A DNA stretch of 29,852 bases. Source: a bacterium. Lineage in GTDB: Bacteria; UBA8248. Positions 27,720-29,852 of the stretch are shown here, piece by piece; position 1 is the stretch's first letter; every line of letters starts with the position of its first letter. The notes beneath the pieces are model-generated. The model had not been told where the DNA came from. It ran no database searches and was given only the letters and a program-made list of their open reading frames with translations. A program made the translations under genes and the position numbers. The stretch spans positions 1 to 29,852 of the forward strand of contig CBDBZY010000065.1 of assembly GCA_965213685.1 (NCBI GenBank), read 5' to 3'.

Positions 27720-29852
27720 ATGGTTGAAGTGGAAGAGTACCTCTCCCTTCCAACAGCAAAGGACGAAGAGTTCGAAAAGACGCACACCAGGAGCAGCTGC
27801 AGTTACGAGAACCGTTGCTCCAAGTTTCAGGTGAAGGAGCGGCACTACGCCACGCAGTACGCTCACATTTACTTCTGGCGACTGGAGCAGATGAGACGTC
27901 ATTTGGAGGCAGCTGCAACCAAGAAATGGGGTAAGAAACAGTCTGGAAGGGGAGGCAGTCGAGAGATGCAATCTTTAGCCTGATAACTTGTCAATTTCAG
28001 GAGGTAATTTAATTAGCTCAGGAGGTAATTAAATTTCCTAATAAGCTAAGAGATTTGCAACGTTTTGGCCTATAATTTTCTGCAAAAAAACAAGCGTGGT
28101 ATTTTAGTGTGTCTTAGCGTGTCTTCGTGCGTTCACTTGCAGGAAGTGATGTCATTGTGAAGGAGAAGCTGATGGAGTTGGAGGAGGGGCAAAGGTGCTG
28201 CATTATTGGAACACTTTTCAAGAAGATGGAGCTCAAGCCCTCCATCCTCAAGGAGATCAGCAGCACAGTGAGGCAACCCTCCCTCTCCTCTTCCCTCTCC
28301 TGACCACCCTCCCTCCTCATCTCTCTGCCTTCCCCCCCCCTCCCCCCCTCCCAGCACCACCTCCTTCCCCAGCCTCCCAGAGTGAAGTGTGTGAGCAGTA
28401 GCGATGAGCTAGTAGTGGAGGACTCCAGTCAGAGAATCACCCTCTGCGGAGCCATACCCTCACAAGAACTTGTGACTGGTGAGGCAAGACATCAAGCTTC
28501 ACAGTACCAATGTCACCAAGCGTGAGATCACAATAGCTAGCCCATTACTCCCAGGGTTGTTCCCATGGTCACAAGGAGAAAATATGACCTTTGCAGTTAT
28601 GTAATAGCAAGACAGATGTGTTTAAATTCTAACCAGCATGTAGCGTTGTCCCAGCCTCCCACACCCTATTATTATGACCATTCATCGTGAATAAATCGAG
28701 AACCACAACTCCCTAGGCCACGAACGGTCCTCAGGCCAAACAGTCACCCAATGTGTAGGATGCGTTTCGGCAATACCAGGCCTCATCAGCTGTGCTGGGG
28801 TGACCGGCAGTGTGGGTATCACACGTCATGCACATGTCGCATCATGTACAGGCAACCCCATACCGTCACTGTGTGTGCACCAGGTGTGGGAGGTCAGTGC
28901 TTGCTCTGTGCCTCTGTAGGTATCATCGTGGCTCTCTTGGGGAAGGAGCTGAAGAATGGAACCTTCGAGGTTGAGGACTACACATTTGCTGAGCTTCCTG
29001 AGCAGACTGACCCCGACACCATGGACACAGAGGAGGAAGAGAAGTCAGCACACCAGCTCATTACAATATGCTTGCCTGTTGGCTTATGGGTTGTGCATAC
29101 CAATTAAGTCGATCCTCATGCATGATTGTGCATTCCAGGGATAATGCTCATCTCTAGCACCTATGAGAATAAGAATAAGTCTCTTAATTCCCTGGTGATG
29201 ATGCTTGCATAGGTGTCGAAATGTTCAAACAAAAACTCTATATAGAGATGAGTATATTTCTAGTAAGGAGTATGTACATGGCCATAGCTCAGATGTTAGA
29301 GCGCTGACAGCTTAAGCCAGAGGCCCTCAGTTCAATCCCAGGTGGCTGCCAGTTTTTCACAGTTCTCTAAAGTATTCCCATCATGTGCCTAGCCACATAG
29401 GCCTCTATAGCTGTCCTCATTCCTGTGTGCAGGTACGTGTTGCTGGTGTCTGGGCTGAATCTCGGGTCCTCGTGGTGTGACCAGCTCAGCGTGGAGCTGC
29501 TGGTGGACTACGTCACAGGCCAGCTGGGTGGGCCTACCGTGAGTGGGCCACTGCACACCGTGTGGCCTCCAGTAATAGCATGCACCATCTCCCCCCACAG
29601 GACCAGAGGCTCTGTTCCAACATAGTGCAAGTTATCATTGCAGGGAACTCCATCACTGACAAGCCAGCAAAGGCCTCCAAACCCAAAGATGAGAAGGTAC
29701 TGGGACACTGACACACAGCCACACACTGCCGTGTCCCACCTCCCAGTGCTGTGTGCTGCATGGGTGCTGCCATGTCTTGCAGTATTGACACACGTGACTC
29801 TGGCCCCCTGCAGACCAAGTTCCTCTCACGAAACTACTCGGCTGACACCATC
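27720..29852 (+). CDS. POLD2: DNA polymerase delta subunit 2 (p50), 3'-truncated by window end
   Basis: Exons 27720-27930, 28143-28267, 28355-28478, 28920-29043, 29433-29538, 29601-29696, 29814->29852. Motifs: [87 protein letters not shown]. Confidence 0.95.
29279..29380 (+). mobile_element. tRNA-derived SINE-like element in POLD2 intron 4
   Basis: A-box-like TAGCTCAGATGTTAGAGC (29285-29302) and B-box-like GTTCAATCCC (29330-29339) at tRNA spacing. The stems are imperfect and a non-tRNA tail follows. Confidence 0.65.

Noticed and set aside
27652-27918. Long N-terminal extension of mLST8 overlapping POLD2 exon 1 (ORF track 27481-27918)
   Set aside because: Homology starts just after the ATG at 27651, and that model gives the normal LST8 length. 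The extension is the antisense of the POLD2 coding sequence.
29279-29352. Functional tRNA gene
   Set aside because: The acceptor, anticodon and T stems pair poorly and the boxes are degenerate; it is better explained as a SINE head.

Overview
Gene-dense, intron-rich animal genomic DNA. Short introns full of (CA)n and C/T- or G/A-rich tracts, tiny intergenic spacers and CpG-rich promoter patches suggest a non-bilaterian such as a demosponge, but the taxon is an inference. I assembled the genes by hand from GT-AG sites and phase consistency. In order: MAP2K4/MKK4-like kinase (-, 299-5342); a co-oriented array of five divergent CD225/dispanin (IFITM/PRRT-family) genes (+, 5519-17143), one with an in-frame TGA and an unusual Gln-rich coiled-coil-like tail; a possible spliced non-coding transcription unit inside the array (-, ~8700-11900); a tweety-family gene (+, 17312-24941); mLST8 (-, 25315-27651); and the 5' part of POLD2 (+, 27720 to window end), head-to-head with mLST8 with only 68 bp between ATGs. 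Non-coding highlights are three 31-43 bp CATAGA...TATG insertions with 7-bp target-site duplications (one supported by an empty paralogous site), two small TIR elements, a perfect 40-bp palindrome and a tRNA-derived SINE-like element. Most ORFs in the supplied track are microsatellite or low-complexity artefacts.
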